This document shows, piece after piece, positions 12,360 through 24,472 of a stretch of 64,000 nucleotides of DNA (the first letter of the stretch is position 1; every line of letters begins with the position of its first letter). The notes below the pieces were generated by a model. The model was not told the DNA's origin, ran no database searches, and saw only the letters and a list, made by a program, of their open reading frames with translations. The stretch is from Octopus sinensis (Eukaryota). Where the stretch lies: the NCBI RefSeq assembly GCF_006345805.1, contig NC_043017.1, forward strand, positions 15,500,001 to 15,564,000, given 5' to 3'. A program made the position numbers and the translations under genes.

Positions 12360-13073
12360 GGATCTTTTCCTTTTGAACGGCAGTTTGCAACACAATTTCT
12401 AGTTAACTAAACACTTTTAAACTTCGTATACTGGTAGAATGTGTTTATAAAACATCTTTTTCTCTTGGTTTTATTGAGAAAATTCTATAGTTTGTAAGAT
12501 ATTTCCACTTTAATTTCAAGCATTTCGGCAATTTTAACCAATCGTGCTGTATGAATATGTCCCTCGTTTAAGAAACAGATTGGGTTTATTTACATTTGTG
12601 AAGAAAAAAGATACCCTTACCCTAACCCTAAATCTAAAATAGATTGAAATGCAATAGATCAATACTAGGGTTATAATTATGGGTGACAATTTCATACGAC
12701 ACCGCTACGGAAAATGGGATTATTTTCTAGCGGTGTCAAATAAAAATGTCGCCCATAATTATAACTCTAGTATCGATCTATTGCATTTCAATCTGTTTTA
12801 GGGGTGGGGGAAGGGTATCTTTTTTTCTTCGCAAATGTAAATAAACCCAATCTGTTTCTTAAACGAGGGACATATTCATACAGCACAGAATGTTTTCACC
12901 CCAAATGGACTCCAGCGATTGGTTAAAATTGCCGAAATACTCGATTTTAAAGTAGAAATATCTTACAAACTATAGAATTTTCTCAATAGAGCCAAGAAAA
13001 AATGATGTTTTATAAACACATTCTACCAGTATACAAAATTTAAAAGTGTTTGCTGTTCAAAAGGAAAAGATCC
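12360..13073. mobile_element. Foldback (near-fully palindromic) MITE
   Basis: ggatcttttccttttgaac ... gttcaaaaggaaaagatcc. The arms mirror each other up to a short centre (gacaccgcta-cggaaaatgggattattttc-tagcggtgtc). Confidence 0.85.
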
Positions 13074-13315
13074 AAATTCTATAATTTGTAAGATATTTGT
13101 GGGGTCTTTTCTTGAATTTCTGCAATTTCAACCAATCACTGACGTCTATAGAGGTAAAAAAACATTCTGTGCCGTATAAATATGTCCCTCGTTTTAGAAA
13201 CAGATTGGGTTTATTTACGTTAGATTGAAATGCAATAGATCGATACTAGGGTCATAATTATGGGTGACAACTTCATCTGACACCGCTAGAAAAAACTGCC
13301 GTTCAAACCGAAAAG

Positions 13316-13319
<4 letters not shown>
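13074..13319. mobile_element. Right part of another MITE of the same family
   Basis: Matches 9935-10225 and ends aaaaactgccgttcaaaccgaaaagatc. Confidence 0.7.
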
Positions 13320-13375
<56 letters not shown>

Positions 13376-13500
13376 TAAATATAAAATATAAATTACAAAG
13401 TGGGACAAGAACGCAAAAACACACAAAGAGACGACACAAAAAAAAAACAGACGGGTCACTCGAAGCCTCTAATCTTCAGTCGGAACCGGATCATATATTA

Positions 13501-14191
13501 TCTCTCTATATATAAACGGCAAAATGTCTGTGTGTCCTTTATACAAATCCACAATTTTTCAGTTAGAGGGCTCGCACTTTCTATGGTCATTCAAAACCGT
13601 CCAAGGGTGGTCGTGCACATCTTTACATTTCCCCAGTCACCCTGCAAAGCCATTAAAAAATCAATAGAAGTGACTTTTTTGTGAATTTTCTATCCAAAAC
13701 CCAATCAAAATGCCCGAAACTTGATACGCCAATTGAATGCCAGCTAGCTGTATGTGACTGGACGCATGTATGTGCGCATGCACGCAGCTGTATATGCATG
13801 CACTAGCACTATGACCCGGCATTGGGCATTTTGTTTGGGTTTTGGATAGAAAATTCACAAAAAAGTCACTTCTATTGATTTTTTAATGGCTTTGCAGGGT
13901 GACTGGAGAAATGTAAAGATGTGCACGACCACCCTTGGACGGTTTTGAATGACCATAGAAAGTGCGAGCCCTCTAACTGAAGAATTGTGGATTTGTATAA
14001 AGGACACACACACAGACATTTTGCCATTCATATATAGAGAGATGACAACAAAAGAATGAATGAGAGACTTCAATATTATGTAAAATCGAGGAATTTATCT
14101 TCTATAAATATAATAATATGTGACAATTAGTTGGTTGTCGTAATAAAACTTGGTTTCGGATACCAGGGCTGAAAGTCTGCTCCGGCATCTC

Positions 14192-14224
<33 letters not shown>

Positions 14225-14320
14225 TATATATAGGGAAAGTTTACGAAAAAAAACAAAAGACGAAGACAGGTGGTGTAGAAAACAACACTATGACCCGGCG
14301 TTGCCGGGTCATAGTGCTAG
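13501..14320 (+). mobile_element. Composite non-autonomous Helitron-like element (A|TC ... hairpin-CTAG|T)
   Basis: Starts A|TCTCTCTATATATAAA at 13501. Ends with hairpin CACTATGACCCGGC-gtt-GCCGGGTCATAGTG (14286-14316) followed by CTAG|T. AT insertion site with no TSD is the Helitron hallmark. Confidence 0.7.
13803..14042 (-). mobile_element. Nested inverted copy of the same non-autonomous Helitron
   Basis: Minus strand reads A|TCTCTCTATATATG...GCCGGGTCATAGTGCTAG|T. Reverse complement of 13515-13712; ORFs 13400+ and 13855- share the same peptide. Confidence 0.8.
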
Positions 14321-14326
14321 TACAAA

Positions 14327-14920
14327 ATATAAATGAGATCTTTTCCTTTTGAACGGCAGACACTTTTAAACTTCGTATACTGGTAGAATGTGTTTATAAA
14401 ACCTCATTTTTTCTTGGTTTTATTGAGAAAATTCTATAGCTTGTAAGATATTTCGTCTGAAAATCCGAGCATTTTGGCAATTTTAACCAATCGCTTACCT
14501 CCATTCAACTAAAATCATTTGCTGCATCTAAAACTGAGACAACATCCTGTAACTAACCCTAAACCTCCCCCCTAACCCTAACCCTATTAATTCCATTGCT
14601 TTATTTTTTTTACACGCGTAACAAATTAATTTAACAATTAAGAAAAAGAAAATTTAGGGTTAGGGTTAGGGGGGAGGTTTAGGGTTAGTTACAGGATGTT
14701 GTCTCAGTTTTAGACGCAGCAAATGATTTTAGCTCAATAGAGGGCATAGGATTGGTTAAAATTCGAAAAATGAAACTACGTTAAACAAATTACAATTTTC
14801 TCAAGAAAGCCAATAGAAAAAAATGTTTTATTTTTCCACATTCTACCAGTATACGAAGTTTTAAAGTGTTTAGTTAACTAGAAATTGTCTGCCGTTCAAA
14901 AGGAAAAGATCCCACATTTA
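14327..14920. mobile_element. Foldback MITE with internal TAACCC/GGGTTA telomere-like units
   Basis: tataaatg-agatcttttccttttgaacggcagac ... gtctgccgttcaaaaggaaaagatcccacatttata. Inner arms 14500-14586 and 14655-14740 are inverted. Confidence 0.8.
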
Positions 14921-15603
14921 TACTGTAGGGGAAAAAATTTGATAATTAGATTTTTTCTCTCAACCTCATTCCCTGACTGTTTCTGTCTAGAATTCAAAAT
15001 CTTCGAGAGTCTGAGAAGGTCATTTCTGGCATTTATCCACAGCGATTTTTGAAAAAAATAGGTATGTAAAAGATATTTTTAATAGAATACTTTTCCTGTT
15101 AGAAATTTTTTCTCCGGTATTCCTGATCCAAAAAACTTCCCTTCTCACCCCTGTCAGGAAAAATTTTCCCCAACAAATTTCTTTAAAATCATAATCTTTC
15201 CTCAAATAGGGTAGTTTTCTAAACTTTAATTTTCGAAGGGTCAGGAAATGAAAAAAAAAAGGTGCCACAATTGTATTTTAGAATCACTTTTTACTGTTTC
15301 TTTTAAGTTTTGGTAACAGAAAAAAGTCTTTGCATATCTGCATAAAATGATGTGCGACTTACTTATTAGAATTGGTAAAATGTTAGAGAAAGTGTAAATA
15401 TGAATTCTTTATTGCTTTCAAAACTGTTCTAAACTGGTTTTTAGTGATTCACGCTGTTGGCCAACATTCATTAAATAAAAATAAAAATAAATCGATTTTC
15501 ATTTTATTTCGAATATTTACAAATATTGAGTTGAAATGTAATTATTGACTTAAGGTATGTATATAATAAATATATGTAATGTGGTATGTGTGTAACACGT
15601 GTG

Positions 15604-15634
<31 letters not shown>

Positions 15635-15673
15635 ATTATGTAATATATGTGCATGTTGGTGTTTTATATAATA

Positions 15674-15767
15674 CTAGCACTAGAAAGTGCGAGTCCTCTG
15701 ACTGAAGAATTGTGGATTTGTATAAAGGACACACACACAGACATTTTGCCATTCATATATAGAAAGA
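15674..15767 (-). mobile_element. Internally deleted Helitron copy
   Basis: Same 5' end (A|TCTTTCTATATATG) joined directly to agtgCTAG|T. Confidence 0.7.
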
Positions 15768-15939
15768 TGACAACAAAAGAATGAATGAGAGACTTCAATA
15801 TTATGTAAAATTGAGGAATTTATCTTCTATAAATATAATATGTGACAATTAGTTGGTTGTCGTAATAAAACTTGGTTTCAGATACCGGGGCTGAAAGTCT
15901 GCTCCGGCATCTCATATACACACACACACACACATATAT

Positions 15940-17392
15940 ATATAGGGAAAGTTTACGAAAAAAACAAAAGACGAAGACAAGTGGTGTAGAAAACAAACAG
16001 ATGTATTAGTATAACGCTCAGGAATAGAAAAAGTCTTTTACGTTTCGAGCCTACGCTCTTCTACAGAAAGGGACACAGACAAAAACAAGGAGAGAAAAAA
16101 ATGTGTGTAGTGGCTAACGATCTATCATGGCAACTAGTGCTGGACAGGAGAGGGAAAGTAGGGGAGATAACAAGGTAAAGATAACCCCCAACACAAAGGT
16201 GCATGTGTGTATAAGAGAGTATGTATGTGCATGTGAAAGAGGGCTGGTGGTCTGGACGTATGTGTGTAGGTGTGAGGTTGGGTGATGTGATGTGTAATGT
16301 ATATAGTGTGATGTGGGGGGATAGGATGGGAGGGGAAGGTGGGTATGTGAAGAGAGAAAGGGATGAGGGAAGGAGTGGAAGAGAAAGAGAAGTAGGAGTT
16401 AGGGCAAGAGAGGAGTTAGGTGGGAAGAAGGAGGGGTGGATGGGGAGAGAGGAGAGTGAGGGAGAAGAGGGAAAGAGAGTAGGGGCGAAAATATGTAGGA
16501 TTCGGGGAGGAGAGTTGAGCCCAAAGGGCGTAAAAGATCAAAGGGAGAAGATTAATCCCTGTTCACGGCGTAAACGGGAGTCCAGGTGGCCTCTGTGCAA
16601 GGAGTGACTGGTGGAGTGGAAATGGGGTGAGACCGGGGTGTGATTGCCAAGGCAGATGTCTCAGAGGCGTTCCGCGAACCAGTCAGCCAAGTGCCGTCCC
16701 GTTTGTCTGATGTACAGGGAATGGCAGAGAGAGCAGGAGATGCAATAGATGATATTGCTGGAAGTGCAGGTGAAGGAGTCGATGATGGGTGCCAGTGAGG
16801 AGGGTGGTGTTGGAGAGGTATGGGCAAGTGCTGCAGTGTGGGCGGGAGCAGGGGAACGAGCCAGGTTGGGAGGTAGGGTCAGGGAAGAAGCTGTGGACCA
16901 AGAGGTCTCGTAGGTTGTGGGCTCATTTGAAGGAAGAGAGGGGTGTGAAGTGGACGGGTCGAACTGGAGATGCCGGAAAGCTCGGAGAATGGTGCGTTGG
17001 AGAGGTGGGGTGGTAGGTGAGGGGGAAAAAGGAGGCAGGCGGGTTCGGGGGGAGAGAGCAGATGCACGGTCCACGGAATGTGCACTGGCCAGGGCGGTGT
17101 GGATAGTGGTGAAGGGATATCCACGTAGGATGAAGTGGCGAGCCATGAGTTGAGACTGAGTCTCAAAGTCATGGTCGTCACTACAGAGCCTACGTAGACG
17201 GAGGAATTGGGAATAGGGGATGGAAAGCTTGGTGTGTTTGGGGTGGGAGGAAGAGAAGTTTAGGTATGAGTGTGAGTCTGTGTGTTTGTAGTGGATGGAG
17301 GTGGTAAGAATGGAGTGATGAATGCTGACTGAAATGTCAAGAAAGGAGACAGAGGTGTTGGAGATAGTGCAGAAGTGGAGGGCAGGATGGAA
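15940..17392 (-). mobile_element. 5'-truncated, frameshifted Penelope-like retroelement (RT thumb + GIY-YIG endonuclease + pLTR)
   Basis: SFLDISV..YKHTDSHSYLNFSSSHPKHTKLSIPYSQFLRLRRLCS..RGYP, CSRPHCSTCPYL, FTCTSSNIIYCISCSLC..LYIRQTGR, RLRREQGLIF: typical Penelope motifs, with YIG decayed to YIR. Confidence 0.9.
16033..16074 (-). ncRNA. Minimal type I hammerhead-ribozyme motif in Penelope pLTR (core variant CUGUAGA)
   Basis: Minus strand GTCC-CTTT-CTGTAGA-A-GAGC-GTAG-GCTC-GAAAC-GT-A-AAAG-AC: stem I CTTT/AAAG, stem II GAGC/GCTC, palindromic ACGT helix III, GUA cleavage triplet. Confidence 0.55.
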
Positions 17393-17460
17393 ATACACGC
17401 ACACACACACATGCATATATATATATATATATACATACACACAGACATATATACACACAC

Positions 17461-17500
<40 letters not shown>

Positions 17501-17622
17501 CATACATATTGGCCTGCTCGCTTAGCCAGCGAGGTGGCGTCATTTGAAGGCTAAAACAGTGCGAAGTGCATTGTGACCAGCGATGTGTAGCAACATCTGA
17601 TAGTCTGGTCGGTCACAGTGAT

Positions 17623-17679
<57 letters not shown>

Positions 17680-17684
<5 letters not shown>

Positions 17685-18812
17685 TAGTAAAAAGTGAAAA
17701 AAATACAGAAGGCTTGTTTTAAAAGGTTAAAAAATATATATTTGAGTCAATATGTCTGAAGAATGTTATAAATACCAGGAACTTTAGACTGCAAGAACTC
17801 AAAAACACCCTAATTGACAGACATTACCCAGCTCAACTCATAGAGGATGGGATCAGACGTGCAACAGAAATCAACATAGAAACTTTAAGAAAAGTTCAAC
17901 ACAACAACACACCTTCCCCGAAAATACTACCTTACATATCCACATACAACCCCACAAACAAAGAAACCTTCACCATCATCACCCAGAATTTACCAATACT
18001 TCATAAGGACCCCAAATTAAAGGAAATTCTAAACATACACCAAATCATTAAAAGCTACAAACAACCTAAATCACTTAAAAAGATTCTCACAAAGGCAAAA
18101 TTGTTTTCTGAAATTACGGATGCAAAAGTAAAAAAATGTGGTAGACCGAACTGTACAACATGTCCAAACCTTCTAGAAGGATCAGAATTCCTCTTCAAAG
18201 AGGGACAGAAATTCAAGATCAAATCTAATTTTACTTGTGCCTCTGAAAACATAATTTATGTCATAAAATGCTCGGGCTGCCACCAAGACTACGTGGGATC
18301 CACGGGACTATCACTCAGACGTAGATGCACACTGCATCGACAACAGATTGCATTCCCAGAATACAGAATGATACCTTTTAGTGAGCACATTGAGAAATGC
18401 GCAAAGCAACTACTACCACAATTTTTAATCTTTCCATTCTACCAATGTGCTATCAGAACACCAACACAAATTAGACTAAACAAGGAAACATTCTTCATTG
18501 AAAAATACAAGCCCAAACTTAACCATTCCAACATACTTATACAGAGAAACTCAGTCCAAAAGAAAGGCAAATAATTTTAAGCGATTATCTCCCTTACACC
18601 GGAAGAAATCACTTATTATCTAGATCTCCGCTCAACGTAAACATAACGATTTAAGAAATTTCAAAAGCTGAACGTGAAACCGGTCATTTCTTCTAAACTA
18701 TGTCATGGTAAGAAAAAAATTTATAACATTCTTCAGACATATTGACTCAAATATATATTTTTTAACCTTTTAAAACAAGCCTTCTGTAGTTTTTTCACTT
18801 TTTACTATTTTC
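17680..18812 (+). mobile_element. 5'-truncated Penelope-like element with intact GIY-YIG domain and inverted pLTR extension
   Basis: ORF 18101-18574: KCGRPNCTTC..NFTCASENIIYVIKCSGCHQDYVGST..LRRRCTLHRQQI..RLNKETFFIEKYKPKLN. 17680-17773 is an inverted copy of 18719-18812. Confidence 0.9.
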
Positions 18813-18849
18813 TATATATATATATATATACATATATATATACACACAT

Positions 18850-19230
18850 ATCTCTTTTACTTGTTTCAGTCATTTGACTGTGGCCATGCTGGAGCACCGC
18901 CTTTAGTCGAATCAAATCGACACCAGGACTTATTCTTTGTAAGCCTAGTACTTATTCTATCGGTCTCTTTTGCTGAACTGCTAAGTTACGGGGACGTAAA
19001 CACACCAGCATCGGTTGTCAGGTGGGACAAACACAGACACACAAACATATGCACACACATACATACATATATATGATGGGCTTCTTTCAGTTTCTGTCTA
19101 CCAAATACACTCACAAGGCTTTGGTCGTCCCGAGGCTATAGCAGAAGACACTTGCCCAAGATGCCACACAGTGGGACTGAACCCAGAACCATGTTTTTAG
19201 TAAGCAAGCTACTTACCACACAGCCACAGA
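18850..19230 (-). mobile_element. SINE family 2
   Basis: Reverse complement of 22378-22808 (ttgggcaagtgtcttctgctatagcc...gtgctccagcatggcc(a/g)cagtcaaatgactgaaacaag). Confidence 0.85.
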
Positions 19231-19242
19231 CAGTACTATATG

Positions 19243-19446
19243 AAGTGAAATGCTGTGTGACAGGCTAGGAATAATAGCAGAAGGACTGGAAAGGATAGTA
19301 GAATCTGAGGCTGGAGGTTAACCATTCAGTATATATATATATATAAGTGAAATGCTGTGTGACAGGCTAGGAATAATAGCAGAAGGACTGGAAAGGATAG
19401 TAGAATCTGAGGCTGGAGGTTAACCATTCAGTATATATATATATAT
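19243..19446. repeat. Tandem duplication, 102-bp period
   Basis: aagtgaaatgctgtgtgacagg...aaaccattcagtatatat starts at 19243 and again at 19345. Confidence 0.9.
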
Positions 19447-19449
19447 ATA

Positions 19450-19680
19450 TTTCTTTACTACCCACAAGGGGCTAAACATAGAAGGGACAAACAAGGACAG
19501 AGAAAGGGATTAAGTCGATTACATCGACCCCAGTGGGCAACTGGTACTTAACTTATCGACCCCGAAAGGATGAAAGGCAAAGTCGACCTCGGCGGAATTT
19601 GAACTCACAACGTAACGACAGACGAAATACGGCTGCGCATTTCGCCCAACGTGCTAACGTTTCTGCCAGCTCACCGCCTT
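19450..19680 (-). mobile_element. tRNA-derived SINE family 1
   Basis: Reverse complement of the 10824-11035 type. Confidence 0.8.
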
Positions 19681-20049
19681 ATATATATATATATACACAC
19701 ACATATATATATATACACACACACACACATATATATATATATACACACACATATATATACGATATAGTGCATATTTATACACATAAGGAATCTACTTGTA
19801 GGGAATTCAACACATTAGAAAGAACAGCTAGGTTCTGTAAACCACAAAAGTTACAGAACCTAGCTGTTCTCCCTAATGTGTTGAATCTCACGCTAAGTGG
19901 AGTCCTTATGTGTTTAAATATACACTATATCGTATAACTAATATATAGTCTTCTTGACTAACTTTTTTTGCACGTTAGACCACTGGAAATGTACATTTTG
20001 ATTGAATGTTTTAATTATAATTAAATTCCATTTCCCTTTGACATGATTA

Positions 20050-20086
20050 AATACATATATATATACATACATATATATATACACAC

Positions 20087-20123
<37 letters not shown>

Positions 20124-20448
20124 CATATATATACATACACACACATATATATACACACACATATATATATCCACACACATATATCATATATATACACACA
20201 TATATATATATATATATACACACACATATATATATGTACACATATATATATACACACACATATATATACATACATATATATATACACACACGTTTATATA
20301 TATATATATACACATATATATATACACACACATATATATATATACACACAATGTATATATATATACACACATATATATATACATACACACATATATATAC
20401 ATACATATATATATATGTGTGTGTGTGTGTGTACATATATGTGTATGT
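20050..20448. repeat. Compound (TA)n/(CA)n microsatellite
   Basis: Direct reading; source of several spurious Y/I/H/T ORFs. Confidence 0.95.
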
Positions 20449-23400
20449 GGCATAACTACAGATTCCTGCCCCTCCCCCTAAATTTGGATGGCCATAACTT
20501 TCAGAAAAATGGATATTTTTTGATGAAATTTTCTACAAATATGTGTTATATCATGTAGATACAAAACATTTGGGGTGGGGAGTGTTTTAGAAGCAGGGAG
20601 GGGGCTGGGGAATTTCGGAAGATTCACCAGGGTCCACTTCAATTCGTCTGAACTTTCAAGAAAATAAATATTTTTTTAACTGAAATTTTTTACAAACCTC
20701 GGACTATGTAGGTTCTGAGAACATAGGAATTTTAGAGAGGCAATTGGGGGTTATTTTTAAGGACTGTTCCCCAGTCGGTGCTGTTTCAGAACAACTCCAT
20801 ATTTGTTTCATTTTCTCTGTTTTTTTGCAGCAGACGACAATGAAGCTGTCAGCAGGAAACTCGTTATGCTAAAAATAGCAGCTAAAGGCTTTAAACGTTT
20901 CTAACAGAAAGACATTCAATGGAATAATTTCCCCGTTTGAACTTTTTTTAATTACACATATGTGTTTGTGTGAGGACCCTGAGAATAATGCCACCCCTTT
21001 GGGCCTTTTTTTTCTCTCCGTTTTGACAGGGATTTTTCTAATTTCATTTTTCACTCAGGCCTTCCAGGTGATGTGGTGGTCGTGGGGGACATTTTATGAA
21101 AATTTTTTGTCACCTCAGCCCCATACACTTAAAAACCATGAGAGAAGCCTTTTCGGTATTCCTTTATATCACACACCTTCTCTTGTGAAAATAATTTTTT
21201 TTTTTAATTAACCGTAAACGCTTCTCTCATCGTTTTTAAGTGTTTATTAAAGGGGAAAAAATTTTAAAATTAGCCGAAATCGGTCTGGAGGGTGGAGAGG
21301 AAAAGTTAGACATTGGTGAAAAAAAAATTCGAAAAAAAACTCTGCCATTTACTCATTTTGCCCCAATTTAGACATAATTTTCTGTAAATGGGAAATTATC
21401 AAATTAGATATGATTAATGTGAGAAAAAAATTGATGTGGAAAGCAACAGAGAAAAGGATAGAAATTGTTAAAACAGGAAAAATTATCCAAATATTTGATT
21501 TGCAACTTAAATTAGAATCGAGTCGAACGAATTTGAGGAAAGGAAAGAAGATTCCTTTGTTGTAATTTCAAATGTTTTTACGAATTGGAATTGTAAAAAA
21601 TGACGAAAAATTATAGAAGAAAGAAAAAGTTTCCATTTAATTTTTTAAAAAGACATTTGAAGATTTATAAAGCTAAATTCAAACTTCATATTTAAGAATA
21701 TTTCTGACTTGTTTCGTTCAGTTTTCGCTGCTTCACAGAAATAATGGAGTTTTATACAAAACACCAAAATGTTTATGTGTTTGCGCCTTTAAATTGAGTT
21801 TCCTTCTGTTAAATTATTTCTTCAAAATGAAAAGTAAGTTTTGCTAATAGAAAAAAAATAAGAAAAATTCTTGTGTACTCCATGATTTTTTAAAAATGTC
21901 CTTTGTTCTGCAAATTGAGCAAAATGTTCAAACTTTCAACTGGGGTATCTCTTCCGCCACATAAACTTGATAAAATATGACGGGAACAATTAGAAGAGGT
22001 GCCATAAATTTGTCGATATTTGGCGCTCAGCCTGCGCCCAAATGGCTTCCACATGACTTGAGGGAACACCTGAGGCTTCTTCAACAAATTATACAGAATG
22101 GTTCACTGATAAACGTTGGAAACCTCTCTTTTTGCAAATCACAGTACGCCACCTATTCGTCGGTCAAAAATTATGCTTTCTGGACAAACATGTTGCTGGA
22201 TAATTAATTCCAAGGTATCCATGCTGAAAGGAAGCAGTTGGTGGGATTGTCCATGACACGGAAATGTCATTGGAATGCACCTCCCGCCGGGATTTCCGGA
22301 GCGTCAATGGCGACCAACGACACCAGTGCTACCAATCGTAACCAAATTGTTAATAAGGTTTTCTGCTAAAATGTCTCGGCAGAAATTAACCCAATAGGTG
22401 CAGGAGTGGCTGTGTGGTAAGTAGCTTGCTAACCAACCACATGGTTCCGGGTTCAGTCCCACTGCGTGGCATCTTGGGCAAGTGTCTTCTGCTATAGCCC
22501 CGGGCCGACCAATGCCTTGAGAGTGAATTTGGTAGACAGAAACTGAAAGAAGCCTGTCGTATATATGTAAATATATATATATATGTGTGTGTGTGTGTGT
22601 ATGTTTGTGTGTCTGTGTTTGACCCCTAACATTGCTTGACAACCGATGCTGGTGTGTTTACGTCCCCGTCACTTAGCGGTTCGGCAAAAGAGACCGATAG
22701 AATAAGTACTAGGTTTACAAAGAATAAGTCCCGGGGTCGATTTGCTCGACTAAAGGCAGTGCTCCAGCATGGCCGCAGTCAAATGACTGAAACAAGTAAA
22801 GAGAGAGAGTAATCCACCACAGTGGACCAACTTGCAATATTAAGTTCACGCATCATTGCTTTTAGTGGTTCGCCAATGGACCACCAATACAGAAGTTGCA
22901 GTATTATATCTATGGATGGGTGGTGGCCATTAGAGAAAAACAATCCGTTTCTCATGGCGCTTCCGACATGGCCGAGCAGTAGTGCACTTCCAAGTATATC
23001 CATTTCGGAGCTGCAATGATTTAACAAAGGAAAAGTTGCGGCCATACTCACAGACATGAGCTTGAGCTGAAAGTCCATATCTTTTTTTAAGCAGTCAGTC
23101 AGCCAGTCATGGTCAGGGCATATTGGAAACACGTCTGATAAGTGAAATGGAGGACATTGCACGATATCCATGTCAAAATTCAAAAATGGGAAGCTGGGCA
23201 CAAAAGAAGATGATGGTTTCAATCAAAAATTAGAAGAGAATAAAAGCTGGACAACAACAGAAGCTGTTTCAATTCCGGGGCCAATGCAGTTTTCACATCT
23301 CCCCTTCAAAAATTCCTTTTTTTTTTTTCCACATTCCTATGTTCTAGATGTCAGAGATTACGAATATGGAAAACATTTTTTAAAAATTTAATTTAATTCC

Positions 23401-24433
23401 CCAATCCCAATTCAAATTATTGATTTTTTTACTTTAAAAAGATTGTGACAAATCGAAATTAAATACAAAAACATTGAAGTGAAAAGAATTTGCATTTTGC
23501 TTGTTTTTGCCTTAAATAATCGTAAATAATGACTGAATGTAAATTAAATATACACCATTTTATGAGAAACACTGTTTAATAATAGAAATATTAAAATTAC
23601 TAAGTCTCTCTAAAAGAGAACACGGCAGCGTTCCCGGAAAATATTAGTTATCGCCATACTAATATGGCATTCTTATAAAAATAAGAATAAAGCTGTCCGC
23701 TTATTAGCTCCATGAGGCCATCGCCTTAAGTTAGCTATTTGATACACAAACTGTATCCATATAACCTTCGAACAAGGGAGGTCAGTTGCTCCACACTACT
23801 TGACCGGCAGCTACAGACGCGTTTAATAATTACTGTTATAAAGTTTAATAAGTTTCACCCCTCCTAAATTTTAAACTTCCATTTATTTATCTTTCTGTCT
23901 ATCTGTTCCTGTCCGTTTATTCATAAAATATATTTGTCAACTAAATGTGGCGGTCCCATAGAAGACGGTGTTATTGTTGTTTTTAGCCCCAGGAAGACAT
24001 TCATATCTATCTCTTTATACACATATTCATAAGCATATTGGATTTAAAAGTTTCAAAACGTGGTTTCTTGCATATCCGGAATCTCCGTCGTCTAAGACAT
24101 AAATTTCAAAAGAGTTCAAAATTTTAAATGGGTTTTTTTTTATTTGTAATCTCTGACATTTGAAACGTAGGAATCTGAAGGAAAAAAAATGAATTATATC
24201 AAAACTGCATTGGCCCCTCAATTCCAAATTGCTTCAGAATAAACTTTAAAACCAAATAAAATTATAAATAATTGATCAGTCACTCCTCACAGAAATCCCT
24301 AAATTCCTGTGTGATTTATATATTCGGAATCTACATGATATAACACATATTCGCAGAAAATTTCATTAAAAAATATCCATTTCTCTGAAAGTTATCATCC
24401 AAAGTCGGTGGGGCATGAATCTGTAGTTATGCC
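20449..24433 (-). mobile_element. Merlin (IS1595/ISXO2-like DDE) DNA transposon relic with ~110-bp TIRs
   Basis: TIRs GGCATAACTACAGATTC / GAATCTGTAGTTATGCC. Minus-strand fragments: IILQLLYWWS..MMRELNIASWSTVVD, WVNFCRDI, VAID, IIQQHVCPESII, VNHSV*FVE..HVEAIW, SYFIKFMWRKRY. TSD not recognisable (microsatellite flanks). Confidence 0.75.
22378..22808 (+). mobile_element. Near full-length SINE family 2 interrupting the Merlin transposase
   Basis: Head gcaggagtggctgtgtggtaag..gggttcagtccc, central (TA/TG)n, tail gaaacaagtaaagagagag. Confidence 0.85.
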
Positions 24434-24434
24434 T

Positions 24435-24472
<38 letters not shown>

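Noticed and set aside
10118-14690. Interstitial telomere or chromosome-fusion scar
   Set aside because: Only 2-3 TAACCC units occur, always at fixed positions inside MITE arms.
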